From Lachnospiraceae bacterium (lineage in GTDB: Bacteria; Bacillota; Clostridia; Lachnospirales; Anaerotignaceae), in the NCBI GenBank assembly GCA_015057875.1, contig SVDG01000001.1, positions 1 through 41,087 of the forward strand: a stretch of 41,087 nucleotides of DNA. Direction: 5' to 3'. A model generated the notes under the pieces. The model saw only the letters and a list, made by a program, of their open reading frames with translations. It did not search any database and was not told where the DNA came from. Shown here one piece after another: positions 7,821 through 17,579 of this stretch. A program made the translations under genes and the position numbers. How positions within the stretch are numbered: position 1 is the first letter of the stretch; the number at the start of each line of letters is the position of its first letter.

Positions 7821-8069
7821 TTGAAAGGATACATAGAAAAAAGAGCCGTTGAAGTGGCTAATTTTATGATACACTATAATGCTACCGTAAGAGAAACTGC
7901 CAAAAAATTCGGTATCAGTAAGTCCACAGTGCATAAGGACATAACCGACAGGGTAGAAAAGATAGACCCCGATCTAGCTTCATCCGTAAGGAAGGTACTG
8001 GAGATAAATAAGGCTGAACGCCATCTGAGGGGCGGCATGGCAACAAAGCGTAAATATATGCAAAAATAA
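7821..8069 (+). CDS. spoIIID: Stage III sporulation protein D (mother-cell transcription factor)
   Basis: The product has the length and sequence pattern of SpoIIID: ...KSTVHKDIT..., ...INKAERHLRGG.ATK.KY. The TTG at 7821 lies 9-10 nt after AGGAG. The ORF-track start at 7815 is too close to the RBS. Confidence 0.9.
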   Translation: MKGYIEKRAVEVANFMIHYNATVRETAKKFGISKSTVHKDITDRVEKIDPDLASSVRKVLEINKAERHLRGGMATKRKYMQK

Positions 8070-8091
8070 AAAGACCTGAAAAGGTCTTTTT
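8068..8091. terminator. Bidirectional hairpin between convergent spoIIID and bdh-like genes
   Basis: AAAAGACC TGAAAA GGTCTTTT. Confidence 0.7.
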
Positions 8092-9244
8092 ATAATGCCG
8101 CTTTATATATTGCTATCATATCCTCTTCCGTTAAAGGAACAAAGCTTCCTTTTGCCCTTTTAACAGCTTTAGCCGCCATTTCGGCAAAGTAGGTATCATC
8201 AATGCCAACTTCCTTAAGTGTTGCAGGAAGTCCCATCTCCTTAAAGAAAGCTCTTGTACATTCAATAGCCTTTTTAGCCGCCTTCATATCATCAGCTTCG
8301 GCTACTCCAAAAACATTTCTTCCATACTCTGCAAACTTATATGCGGTATCTTCGTTAAGAGCAAATTCCATCCAGAAAGGTGTAAGTATTGCAAGTCCCT
8401 CTCCGTGGGTTATATCATAAAAAGCTGAAAGTTCATGCTCCATAGGATGAACGCACCATGTTACCTCACTTCCGAGTTTTAAAAGTCCGTTTATAGCAAA
8501 GCTTGATGCCCACATAAGATTTGCCCTTGCTTCATAGTTATCAGGCTGTCTGAGGGCTATAGGACCGTAGTATACAAGAGTTTTTAAAATTCCCTCACAG
8601 AAGCGTGCCTGCATAAAACCTTCCTTTACATTTGTAAAATAGTTTTCAAGGGTATGGCTCATTATGTCAGCTGTGCCTGCTGCTGTCTGCTTTGCAGGTA
8701 CAGAAAATGTATACTCAGGATCCATAACAGACATTTTAGGGAGCATGTATGCAGAAAACGTTCCCCATTTTTCATTTTTTGTAAGGTCTGAAATGACTGC
8801 AAAGGTATCCATCTCAGAGCCTGTTGCCGCAAGGGTAAGCACGCTATAGATAGGAAGAGCACCCTCTATAAGTTTGGGTTTAAGCACAAGGTCCCAAGCA
8901 TCTCCATCATATTTCGCTCCTGCCGCAATAACCTTCGCACAGTCTATGGAGCTTCCTCCACCTATGGCAAGTACCATATCTATATTTTCCTTCTTACAGA
9001 GATCAACGCCTCTTCTTACCGTTTCAATACGAGGATTAGGCTCAACTCCGCTTATTTCAAAAACCTCAAGTCCGTTTTCATTTAGTATTTCAATCGCCTT
9101 GTCATATATGCCTTCACGTTTTATACTGCCGCCGCCATAAACAAGAAGCACCTTGTTTCCACTTTCCTTAAGCTCGCATAAATGTGATATTTTGCCTTTT
9201 CCGAAATGTATTTTAGTGGGTATATGGTAAGTAAAGTTGTTCAT
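8090..9244 (-). CDS. Iron-containing alcohol dehydrogenase, butanol dehydrogenase/YqhD-like
   Basis: 384 aa starting MNNFTYHIPTKIHFGKG, with the GGGS.ID.AK motif and a metal-binding His cluster (HPMEHELS). RBS AAGGAGGAAAG. Confidence 0.9.
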   Translation of the reverse strand: MNNFTYHIPTKIHFGKGKISHLCELKESGNKVLLVYGGGSIKREGIYDKAIEILNENGLEVFEISGVEPNPRIETVRRGVDLCKKENIDMVLAIGGGSSIDCAKVIAAGAKYDGDAWDLVLKPKLIEGALPIYSVLTLAATGSEMDTFAVISDLTKNEKWGTFSAYMLPKMSVMDPEYTFSVPAKQTAAGTADIMSHTLENYFTNVKEGFMQARFCEGILKTLVYYGPIALRQPDNYEARANLMWASSFAINGLLKLGSEVTWCVHPMEHELSAFYDITHGEGLAILTPFWMEFALNEDTAYKFAEYGRNVFGVAEADDMKAAKKAIECTRAFFKEMGLPATLKEVGIDDTYFAEMAAKAVKRAKGSFVPLTEEDMIAIYKAAL

Positions 9245-9388
9245 AGCTTTCCTCCTTTGATATTCATTATATAAATTATATCAAATACCGCTATAGTTGT
9301 AAATCTGTCACATATTCTCCTGCCATATATTGAAAAACCATTTCCCCTATGCTAATATTTTTTAAAATAAAGCCTATGGGAGGATAAT

Positions 9389-9865
9389 ATGTTCAGAGAA
9401 CTTGTAAGAAAAAACAAACAGCTTGATAACAAAGATTGCATAAACATACTTAAAAACGAAACCCGCGGAGTTTTATCGGTCATAGGCGATGACGGCTACC
9501 CTTACGGAATGCCTATGAATCACTGGTATAACGAGGACGATGGCTGTATCTACTTCCATACAGGAAATATCGGCCACAGACTTGATGCTCTAAGACGATG
9601 CGAAAAAGTATCCTTCTGTACCTATGACAAGGGTTATCGTGAAGAAGGTGAGTGGGCATTTAAAGTTAAAAGCGTTATCGTTTTCGGCAGGATAGATATT
9701 TTAAATGATATCGAGACTATAATCGATATAACAACAAAGCTAAGTTATAAGTTTACAACCGATAAAGAATATATTAAAAAAGAAATTAAAGAAAGCGGCC
9801 ACAGAACTCTTTTGTTAAGACTTAAGCCTGAACATATCTGCGGAAAACTTGTAACAGAAGCATGA
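9389..9865 (+). CDS. Pyridoxamine-5'-phosphate-oxidase-fold protein of the Nim (5-nitroimidazole reductase-like) family
   Basis: MFRELVRKNKQLDNKDC...GVLSVIGDDGYPYGMPMNHWY...IYFHTGNIGHRLDAL closely follows the NimA-type N-terminal pattern. RBS GGGAGG. Confidence 0.75.
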   Translation: MFRELVRKNKQLDNKDCINILKNETRGVLSVIGDDGYPYGMPMNHWYNEDDGCIYFHTGNIGHRLDALRRCEKVSFCTYDKGYREEGEWAFKVKSVIVFGRIDILNDIETIIDITTKLSYKFTTDKEYIKKEIKESGHRTLLLRLKPEHICGKLVTEA

Positions 9866-9891
9866 AAAAAGGACTACTATGTAGTCCTTTA
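9866..9891. terminator. Hairpin between convergent nim-like and HD genes
   Basis: AGGACTAC TAT GTAGTCCT flanked by an A-run and a T-run. Confidence 0.7.
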
Positions 9892-10380
9892 TATTTTATA
9901 TATGCTTTTTAAAAGCCTTATTCCTGTTTCTGTTTTAAAAACATTATCCATCATATTTTTTATGTTTTCCTTTGAATATCCGCTTTCATCGGCATTTACT
10001 ATATAATCTGACTCTATAAGTATCTGATAATCCATGCCTTCTATATCCTCAATGGTATGATGATGGCTTACAAGGTATATTATCCTTTCTTTAATATCCT
10101 TTTCAATTTCAAACTCTTTAATGAACTCCTCCGTAAGCGGTATGCCTTCTATCTCCTGATACTTACCGTTGGTATTGCCATACTTTTCACGACATAAGGG
10201 GCAGGCTATATCGTGCACCACAGCGGCGGATTCAAGGATAAACTGTTCTTTTTCGTTAAGCCCTTCCGCCTCACCTATGGTCTTGGCATAAGTATAAACT
10301 TTAAGGAAGTGGTTTATATCATGGGTACTTCCGTTATAGAAATATATCATTTTTTCTATCATTGACGAAACTGTTTTCAT
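9889..10380 (-). CDS. HD-domain phosphohydrolase-family protein
   Basis: 163 aa with H...HD (VVHDIA) and a downstream HHH/D metal-ligand pattern. Confidence 0.75.
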   Translation of the reverse strand: MKTVSSMIEKMIYFYNGSTHDINHFLKVYTYAKTIGEAEGLNEKEQFILESAAVVHDIACPLCREKYGNTNGKYQEIEGIPLTEEFIKEFEIEKDIKERIIYLVSHHHTIEDIEGMDYQILIESDYIVNADESGYSKENIKNMMDNVFKTETGIRLLKSIYKI

Positions 10381-10395
10381 AAATATATCTCCTAT

Positions 10396-10424
10396 AAAAA
10401 AGCGGTGTCTCAGACACCGCTTTT
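10396..10424 (-). terminator. Terminator after the aconitase-family gene
   Basis: AGCGGTGTC TCA GACACCGCT followed, on the minus strand, by TTTTTT. Confidence 0.75.
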
Positions 10425-10426
10425 AT

Positions 10427-12715
10427 TTATCTGTAATAGTTTATAAGACATCCCGCAAGGATTATCTCTCTTTCATCATCTGTAAGGTCACCCATTTTAA
10501 GTGTAAAAGGCTTAACCTCTTTGCCGATAATAAATGCAGGCATCTCGCTTACCTTATTTTTAATGGCATCCTTAACACCGGGAACAAAGATATAATCTCC
10601 GTTCTCAAAAGGGATACCTTCTTCAAGTATAAAGGGAAGCATGCCCCAGTTGATAAGATTGGAGCGGTATCTCTTTGTTGCGTATTCGCTTGCTATATTT
10701 GCCCAGCCGCCTAAAACCTTCTGACAGCTTGCGGCCTGCTCTCTTGCAGAACCATCGCCGGGTTTTACTGCATAAATAGTGCTTCCTATACCTGTTGTGG
10801 CTATATCAAGTTCTTCATAAACTGTATCTATCTTATCATAAACTTCTTTAAGCTCGCTAAGGGCTGATACAGGATCTTCTCCTGCAAGTCTTGCTTTTTC
10901 AGCCTTCTGCACCTCTTTTGCTCTGCCTACATAAGCAGGGTCTTTTCTTGAAAGAGTAAACTCTGCAAGGCCAAGAGGATTTGAACGATAGGAGCTTGTT
11001 TCGCCTGAGGGAATAAGCTCATCTGTTGTTGTAACAGGGTCAGTTATTACAGAAACGACCTTTATAAGCATATCGTCTGTAAGTGCACTCATAGCGGGCC
11101 AATCTGTAATATTGGGGCCGAATTTAAGCTCTACGGAAGGATCAGGCTTGCCCCATCCGTCATAGCAGCGGTTATCATAAACAGTCTTATTGAAGAAATA
11201 TTTAGGGCTTGTAAATTCAAAATCAAGCTCTGTTGCAGCAGTAAGTCTGCCTTTATTGACCGCTGTTGCCGCAATACTTCTTGCGTCCATAAGGGCTACG
11301 GAAGCTATCTGTCCGTTTGTTATTTTTGAGCCCTCTCTGTTAGGGAAGTTTCTTGTGGAATGTCTTATTGAAAGACAGTTATTGGCAGGAACATCACCTG
11401 CACCGAAGCAAGGCCCGCAGAAAGCAGAACGTACAGTTGCTCCGCTTACCATAATGTCTCCGATAGCACCGTTTTCAACAAGGCTTAAGAATACTGGCTG
11501 GCTTGAAGGATAAACGCTTAAGGCAAACTCACCGTCACCAATAGAATGTCCTTTGATTATATCTCTTGCATCACAGATATTTTCATATGTACCGCCGGCA
11601 CAGCCTGCAATAACACCCTGTTCAACAAAAAGGCGTCCTTCCTTTATTTTGTCCCTTAACGTAAATTTAACCGTATCGCTTTCAAGCTGGCTTGCACCTG
11701 ACTTTTCAACCTCAGCAATAATATCATCAAGGTTTGCATTCAGTTCCTCTATAGTATATACGTTGCTGGGGTGGAAAGGCATAGCTATCATAGGACGTAT
11801 CTTTGAAAGATCAACGTATATCATACCGTCATAGTAAGCTACATCCTTTGGACGTTGTTCCCTATACATATCAGGTCTTCCGTGTGTTATGTACCATTCC
11901 TTTGTTTTATCATCCGTCATCCATACAGATGAAAGGCATGTGGTCTCAGTAGTCATTACATCTATACCGTTGCGGTAATCCATACTTAATTTTGAAATAC
12001 CGTCACCTACGAACTCCATGACCTTATTTTTAACGTATCCATTTTTGAAAACAGCACCGATTATAGCAAGGGCAACGTCCTGAGGGCCTACGCCTTTAAC
12101 AGGCTCGCCTGTAAGGTAAACACCGATAACGCCGGGCATATCAACATCATAAGTTTTATTAAGGAGCTGTTTAACAAGCTCGGGGCCACCTTCACCTATA
12201 GCCATAGTACCTAAAGCACCGTAACGAGTATGGCTGTCGCTACCTAAAATCATTCTGCCGACACCACTCTGCATCTCTCTCATATACTGATGGATAACAG
12301 CCTGATGGGCAGGCACATAAATACCGCCGTAGCGTTTAGCACATGAAAGGCCGAAAAGGTGGTCATCCTCATTTATTGTGCCGCCTACGGCACAAAGGCT
12401 GTTGTGACAGTTTGTAAGAACGTAGGGAATAGGGAATTTTTCAAGTCCGCTTGCTCTTGCTGTCTGTATTATGCCAACGTATGTTATGTCATGAGATGCA
12501 AGGGCATCAAATTTTATTTTAAGCTTTTCCATATTACCTGAAGTGTTATGTGCTTCAAGGATAGAATAAGCCATTGTTCCTTTTCTCGCTTCATATTTAT
12601 CGGCTACATCTCCGTTAGAACGAAGGAAGTTACCTACCATACAGCCCATAGGGCCGTCCTCGAGTATCACCTCTCCGTTTAAAAGGAATACTCCGCCTTC
12701 GTAAAGTTTGATCAT
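10427..12715 (-). CDS. Aconitase-family Fe-S hydro-lyase (aconitate hydratase-like, 762 aa)
   Basis: Motifs [20 protein letters not shown] and the swivel-domain motif [10 protein letters not shown] are in aconitase order. Confidence 0.8.
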   Translation of the reverse strand: MIKLYEGGVFLLNGEVILEDGPMGCMVGNFLRSNGDVADKYEARKGTMAYSILEAHNTSGNMEKLKIKFDALASHDITYVGIIQTARASGLEKFPIPYVLTNCHNSLCAVGGTINEDDHLFGLSCAKRYGGIYVPAHQAVIHQYMREMQSGVGRMILGSDSHTRYGALGTMAIGEGGPELVKQLLNKTYDVDMPGVIGVYLTGEPVKGVGPQDVALAIIGAVFKNGYVKNKVMEFVGDGISKLSMDYRNGIDVMTTETTCLSSVWMTDDKTKEWYITHGRPDMYREQRPKDVAYYDGMIYVDLSKIRPMIAMPFHPSNVYTIEELNANLDDIIAEVEKSGASQLESDTVKFTLRDKIKEGRLFVEQGVIAGCAGGTYENICDARDIIKGHSIGDGEFALSVYPSSQPVFLSLVENGAIGDIMVSGATVRSAFCGPCFGAGDVPANNCLSIRHSTRNFPNREGSKITNGQIASVALMDARSIAATAVNKGRLTAATELDFEFTSPKYFFNKTVYDNRCYDGWGKPDPSVELKFGPNITDWPAMSALTDDMLIKVVSVITDPVTTTDELIPSGETSSYRSNPLGLAEFTLSRKDPAYVGRAKEVQKAEKARLAGEDPVSALSELKEVYDKIDTVYEELDIATTGIGSTIYAVKPGDGSAREQAASCQKVLGGWANIASEYATKRYRSNLINWGMLPFILEEGIPFENGDYIFVPGVKDAIKNKVSEMPAFIIGKEVKPFTLKMGDLTDDEREIILAGCLINYYR

Positions 12716-12752
12716 TTTATTATTCCTCCTGTATCTGAATGCATAAGCATAT

Positions 12753-13700
12753 TTATATCATCAAATTAGCTATCCATACACAAAGTGGCACAGTAAATAC
12801 ACAGGCTATATGGCCTATTACGATAGATGCCACAGCATAGTTTTCGTCTGAGCCGCTTTCCCTCGACATAAAGGCAATAGCCGTCATTGTAGGTGAAAGC
12901 ATCATCGTAAGAACTATCATAGACTGCTCGTATGTGAAAAGCCCGAAAGCACCTATTAGCATAAATGCCGCCAAAGGGATTATAGCAGCCTTAAGTGCTT
13001 CTGTAATGAATACCTTTTTATTTTTAAGGATAGATCCAAAGCCCTTCCTTGCAATATCTGCACCAAGATATGTAAGCATTATATATTTGCTCGCCGAGCC
13101 TATACCCTCTACTGCAGTCCATACAGGGTTATTTATAGGTCTTAAACCAATAAGCACGCATATAAAGCCTGCAATAGCCGCAAGCGTTATGGTATTAACT
13201 GCCTTTCTTGGAGAAAAGCCGGTTTTTCCCGTACCGTTATGAGCATCACAAAGTATAGGTGTCATACTATACATAAAAATAAAGTCTATAAACATATATA
13301 TAGCAACCGCTATAGCACCCGTTTCAGGGAAAAGAGCTATTGCAACAGGCAAACCAACAAAACCGGTATTTCCATAAGCACCGCAGCCTATGTGCATATA
13401 ATAAGTAGAGCCCTTAAGACGAAGGAGCTTGCCTGTAACCGCCGCACTTGCCAAGGCAAAGACCTCACATATAATAACACCTATAGCAAAAGGCACCATC
13501 GTAAGCATCTGCTGCCTTGTAGCCCCGCTTACTATAGTAGTAAAAAGCAAAAGAGGGAAACAATACTTTATTGATAAGGAAGATGCGTTATCTACCATAT
13601 TGTCATTGGTTATTTTAAGCTTATAAATTATAAAACCCAGAACAACTATCGTTGCAAACTGTATCATCTGGTCTATAAGTACACCCATGTCAACGCCCAT
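12753..13700 (-). CDS. AEC (auxin efflux carrier) family membrane transporter
   Basis: 315 aa with about 10 hydrophobic segments, and size and N-terminal pattern typical of AEC permeases. The family call is from memory. Confidence 0.65.
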   Translation of the reverse strand: MGVDMGVLIDQMIQFATIVVLGFIIYKLKITNDNMVDNASSLSIKYCFPLLLFTTIVSGATRQQMLTMVPFAIGVIICEVFALASAAVTGKLLRLKGSTYYMHIGCGAYGNTGFVGLPVAIALFPETGAIAVAIYMFIDFIFMYSMTPILCDAHNGTGKTGFSPRKAVNTITLAAIAGFICVLIGLRPINNPVWTAVEGIGSASKYIMLTYLGADIARKGFGSILKNKKVFITEALKAAIIPLAAFMLIGAFGLFTYEQSMIVLTMMLSPTMTAIAFMSRESGSDENYAVASIVIGHIACVFTVPLCVWIANLMI

Positions 13701-13775
13701 TTGCTTTGCCTCCTAAATAAATATAGATTTATACTAAACCCTGACAAGCTAAAAATCAATAGTTTTTATATAGCC

Positions 13776-13943
13776 TTGAGGCTCTGCCTCAAACTCCGCG
13801 AACCTTTGAAAAGGTTCGATCCAAACTTTCAATTCAAAAAGCCCCTGTTCCCGAAAAATTCGGGACAGGGGCTTTTTAAGTTAAAGTTTAGGTCAAGCCT
13901 TTTTAAAGGCTTGTGGGGTATTGGGGCAAAGCCCCAAGGTCTT
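13776..13943. repeat. Mosaic hairpin-rich intergenic repeat, copy A (flank L, ~105-bp near-palindromic core, flank R)
   Basis: Shares three modules with 19195-19425: TTGAGGCTCTGCCTCAA, a core GAACCTTTGAAAAGGTTCGATCC...AAGCCTTTTTAAA, and TTGGGGCAAAGCCCCAAGGTCTT. It ends exactly at the alaS stop codon. Confidence 0.85.
13836..13877. terminator. Bidirectional terminator hairpin inside repeat copy A (terminates alaS)
   Basis: AAAAAGCCCCTGTTCCCG AAAAAT TCGGGACAGGGGCTTTTT. Confidence 0.8.
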
Positions 13944-16581
13944 ATAACTGTGCCTTTACAGCCTCTTTAGCAGCTTCAACTGCGTCATTTACTTTAGTAA
14001 CGTCTTTGCCGCCAGCCTGAGCCATATTAGGTCTTCCGCCACCGCCACCGCCGCAAGCTGTAGCCGCAGCTTTAATGATGTTACCGCAGTGTGCTCCGGC
14101 TTTAACAGCCTCGTCATTAGCCATAGCAACAAGGTTTACCTTGCCGCCCATAGCTGAAACAAGCACAACTACACATTTATCAAATCTTGCTTTAATGTCG
14201 TCACCCATATTTTTAAGTGAGTTCATATCAGCCTCTTTAACAGCCGCACAGATAGTTACAACACCGTTAACTTCCTCTTTAGTATTGATTATTTCATCAA
14301 CAACACCGCCCGCAAGCTTAGCTTTAAGGGCCTCGATCTCTTTAGCAAGCTTTTTGTTTTCGTCAACAAGAGAAGCTACCTTCTGAGCAACAGCATTGCC
14401 GTTAGCCTTAACTGTATTTCTTACAGTGTTCATAAGCTCTTCCTGGCTTTCGTAGTAGTTAAGTACTCCGTAGCCTGTAAGTGCCTCGATACGTCTTACA
14501 CCGGCTGCAACACCTGTTTCTGAAACGATCTTGAATGAACCTGCCTGAGCAGAGTTTGTAAGGTGTGTACCACCACAAAGCTCTATAGAATAGTTATTTA
14601 CATTAACAACCCTTACTACCTCGCCGTATTTCTCACCGAATAATGCCATAGCACCCATAGCTTTAGCCTCTGCAGGTGTCATCTCTGCAATAGTTACAGG
14701 GTGTGCATCAAGGATAGATTTATTTACTATTTTTTCTATCTCAAGTAAGTCTTCTTTGCTTATTGCCTCAAAGTGAGTAAAGTCAAAACGAAGTCTGCTG
14801 TCTGATACGAATGAGCCGGCCTGCTCAACGTGTGTACCTAAAACAGTTCTTAACGCTTTCTGTAAAAGATGAGTTGTTGTATGGTTTCTTGCTGTTGCCA
14901 TTCTTAACTCATAGTTGATCTCTGCTGTTACAGTATCACCTGTAACGATCTCGCCTGAAACAACTTTACCTGTGTGTATCCATTTGTTTCCGCCGAATTT
15001 TGTTGTGTCAGCTATCTCAACAACAGCACCGTCTGTTCTGATAACGCCTTTGTCACCGCACTGACCGCCGCTTTCACCATAGAAAGGTGTTTTGTCAAGG
15101 ATGATAGAAACCTCATCACCCTCTGAAGCAGCGTTAACGATATCATTATCAACAACTACAGCAAGTACTTTTGCATCATCAATAACAAAGTTATTATATC
15201 CAACGAATTCTGTTGACATAGCAGGGTCAAGTCTGTGATAAACTGTTTCCTCAGCACCCATATATGTGCTTGTACCTCTTGCCTCTCTTGCGCGCTGTCT
15301 CTGCTCGTCCATAGCCTTTTTGAAAAGCTCAAGGTCAATGCCAAGTCCGTGCTCAACAAGGATCTCTTCCATAAGGTCTGTAGGGAAACCGTATGTGTCA
15401 TAAAGCTTGAATGTAGCTTCACCGCTTAAGATCTTGCCGCCTTCTGCCTTAACTTTTTCAATTTCTTTCTGAAGCATCTCAAGACCAAGGTCTAAAGTTG
15501 CATAGAATCTTTCTTCTTCTACATTGATGATTTTATAGATATAGTCTTTCTTTTCCTCGAGCTCGGGGTAAGCATCCTTTGACTGCTCAATAACTACCTT
15601 GCTTAATTCAGCAAGGAATCTTCCGTTGATACCAAGAAGTTTTCCGTGGCGTGCCGCACGTCTTAAAAGTCTTCTTAAAACATAGCCTCTGCCCTCATTT
15701 GAGAAAAGAACACCGTCAGCTGTCATAAATGTTACGGAACGGATGTGGTCTGTGATAACGCGGATACTTACATCAGTTTTATGATCTTTCATATATTCAA
15801 CGCCTGCAACAGCACAAACAGCATCTCTTACTGCCTTAACTGTATCAACGTCAAAAATAGAATCCACGCCCTGCATGATAGTAGCCATTCTTTCAAGACC
15901 CATACCAGTGTCGATATTTTTCATTTCAAGCTCTGTATATGTTCCGTCTGTTTCAGCATTGAACTGTGTGAAAACAAGGTTCCAGAACTCCATATATCTG
16001 TCACAGTCACAGCCTACTGTACAGCCTTCTTTACCACAGCCGTACTCTTCTCCTCTGTCATAGTAGATCTCTGAACAAGGACCGCAGGGGCCTGTACCAT
16101 GCTCCCAGAAGTTGTCAGCTTTACCCATATAGAAGATCTTTTCTTTAGGAAGGCCAACTTTTTCGTGCCATATTTTAGCCGCCTCATCGTCATCCTGATA
16201 AACTGTTACATAAAGCTTCTCCTCAGGGATACCAAGTGTTTCTGTAACAAACTCCCAGCTCCAGGGGATGATCTCGTTTTTGAAGTAGTCACCGAAAGAG
16301 AAATCACCTAACATCTCAAAGAATGTACCGTGGCGTGCTGTTTTACCTACGTTTTCGATATCGCCTGTACGGATACATTTCTGGCATGTTGTTACTCTCT
16401 TTCTGGGAGGTATCTGCTGACCTGTAAAGAAGGGTTTTAAAGGCGCCATACCTGAGTTGATAAGTAATAATGAATTGTCGTTCTGAGGCACTAAAGATGC
16501 ACTGGGCATTCTTAAATGCTCTTTGCTTTCAAAGAAAGCAAGGAATTTTTCTCTGATCTCATTTAATCCCATGTATTCCAT
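13942..16581 (-). CDS. alaS: Alanine--tRNA ligase
   Basis: 879 aa with canonical AlaRS N-terminus (EIREKFLAFFESKEH), an editing-domain HxxxH (HTTTH), a CGGTH motif and a C-terminal GGGGGRPNMAQAGG. The ATG at 16581 lies 8 nt after CAGGAGGA. The 22-codon upstream extension in the ORF track overlaps the T-box terminator. Confidence 0.97.
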   Translation of the reverse strand: MEYMGLNEIREKFLAFFESKEHLRMPSASLVPQNDNSLLLINSGMAPLKPFFTGQQIPPRKRVTTCQKCIRTGDIENVGKTARHGTFFEMLGDFSFGDYFKNEIIPWSWEFVTETLGIPEEKLYVTVYQDDDEAAKIWHEKVGLPKEKIFYMGKADNFWEHGTGPCGPCSEIYYDRGEEYGCGKEGCTVGCDCDRYMEFWNLVFTQFNAETDGTYTELEMKNIDTGMGLERMATIMQGVDSIFDVDTVKAVRDAVCAVAGVEYMKDHKTDVSIRVITDHIRSVTFMTADGVLFSNEGRGYVLRRLLRRAARHGKLLGINGRFLAELSKVVIEQSKDAYPELEEKKDYIYKIINVEEERFYATLDLGLEMLQKEIEKVKAEGGKILSGEATFKLYDTYGFPTDLMEEILVEHGLGIDLELFKKAMDEQRQRAREARGTSTYMGAEETVYHRLDPAMSTEFVGYNNFVIDDAKVLAVVVDNDIVNAASEGDEVSIILDKTPFYGESGGQCGDKGVIRTDGAVVEIADTTKFGGNKWIHTGKVVSGEIVTGDTVTAEINYELRMATARNHTTTHLLQKALRTVLGTHVEQAGSFVSDSRLRFDFTHFEAISKEDLLEIEKIVNKSILDAHPVTIAEMTPAEAKAMGAMALFGEKYGEVVRVVNVNNYSIELCGGTHLTNSAQAGSFKIVSETGVAAGVRRIEALTGYGVLNYYESQEELMNTVRNTVKANGNAVAQKVASLVDENKKLAKEIEALKAKLAGGVVDEIINTKEEVNGVVTICAAVKEADMNSLKNMGDDIKARFDKCVVVLVSAMGGKVNLVAMANDEAVKAGAHCGNIIKAAATACGGGGGGRPNMAQAGGKDVTKVNDAVEAAKEAVKAQL

Positions 16582-16619
16582 GTTCTGTTTCCTCCTGTAA
16601 TATGATTTTGTTTTACGAT

Positions 16620-16887
16620 AAAAAAATAAAAGCCATCGTATCCCCACTTAGGGACGAGGCTTTTTCTCGCGGTACCACCCTATTTATGCCATAAAAACGG
16701 CATCACTTTAGTCCCTTTAACGCAGGGTTACGGCACAGGCTACTTAATTTCGCCCGCACGGTCCGGCTAAACCGAAAAAAGACTGCTTCAACGGAAAGTA
16801 GCATGGGTGCTTCACACCAGCCGCACCCTCTCTGAAAAGACTTTGTCCGTTTACTACTTCTTTTAAAACCTTTAAAAATATAATAAC
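16620..16887 (-). promoter_or_regulatory. T-box riboswitch leader, Ala specifier (GCU)
   Basis: The minus strand reads ...CAGAGAGGGTGC... (stem I AGAGA box), ...AUGCUAC... (GCU followed by A in the specifier position) and the T-box sequence AAUAGGGUGGUACCGCGAG. A terminator hairpin (AGCCUCGUCCC...GGGGAUACGAUGGCU) and a U-run follow. Confidence 0.9.
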
Positions 16888-16893
16888 AGATAA

Positions 16894-16922
16894 ATTATAT
16901 TTACTGTATCTGCTTTTGTCAA
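16894..16922 (-). promoter_or_regulatory. Sigma-A promoter of the alaS T-box leader
   Basis: The minus strand has TTGACA, a 17-nt spacer and TATAAT, a perfect consensus. Confidence 0.8.
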
Positions 16923-16962
16923 CAATATTTGCAAACTAAAAAGAGCTTTACGGCCCTTTTTA

Positions 16963-17385
16963 TCAATATTTTCTTCTTAAAACCCAGTAGCTTATCCAGT
17001 AAAGTGCAATAAGGATACATACAGTATAGGCTATCTCAGTTGCAAGATCTCTCATCTGTGTAAACTGCAATGTTATAACAAGTATACTTGCGCCAATAAC
17101 ATAAAGATAAAATGCCCAGCTTTTTGCTTTGTTTGAAAGGGCAATATTCCTTTCATCTGTTTCTGCTATCTCCTGCCTTCTGATAGTCTCATCATTTTTT
17201 GTTATAAGCTTATAATTCCTGATCCTTACCACTCCCATTACAGCAAGTGCAAAACCATAGCTTGAAATAAAAGGATTAACATTATTAAAAACAAAACTGG
17301 ATATTATCATAATAATTCCTATTACTATATAAGCAATACCAAGATGTAATCTCTTTTTAAGTTTATCTCTGAATTCCATTCTCAT
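16963..17385 (-). CDS. Small membrane protein (3-4 TM) partnered with an XRE regulator
   Basis: 140 aa and hydrophobic. Its start overlaps the XRE gene stop by 4 nt. Confidence 0.75.
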   Translation of the reverse strand: MRMEFRDKLKKRLHLGIAYIVIGIIMIISSFVFNNVNPFISSYGFALAVMGVVRIRNYKLITKNDETIRRQEIAETDERNIALSNKAKSWAFYLYVIGASILVITLQFTQMRDLATEIAYTVCILIALYWISYWVLRRKY

Positions 17386-17579
17386 TCCTCCTCAAAAATA
17401 AATACTTCCTCTATCTGCCTGCCGAAATATTTGGCTATTTTATAGGCAAGCTGGAGGGAGGCATTATATTTCCCGTTTTCAAGGGATATTATGGTCTGGC
17501 GTGTTACTCCGACTGCACAGGCCAGTTCATCTTGTGTAACTTTATTTTGCTTGCGTAAATCCTTTATAATATTATTCAT
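17382..17579 (-). CDS. XRE-family helix-turn-helix transcriptional regulator
   Basis: [52 protein letters not shown] is a canonical Cro/C1 HTH. The ATG at 17579 lies 7 nt after GAGGAG. Confidence 0.9.
   Translation of the reverse strand: MNNIIKDLRKQNKVTQDELACAVGVTRQTIISLENGKYNASLQLAYKIAKYFGRQIEEVFIFEEE

Noticed and set aside
16582-16647. A 22-codon N-terminal extension of alaS in the ORF track.
   Set aside because: It overlaps the T-box terminator and U-run. The ATG at 16581 has a proper RBS and gives the canonical AlaRS N-terminus.
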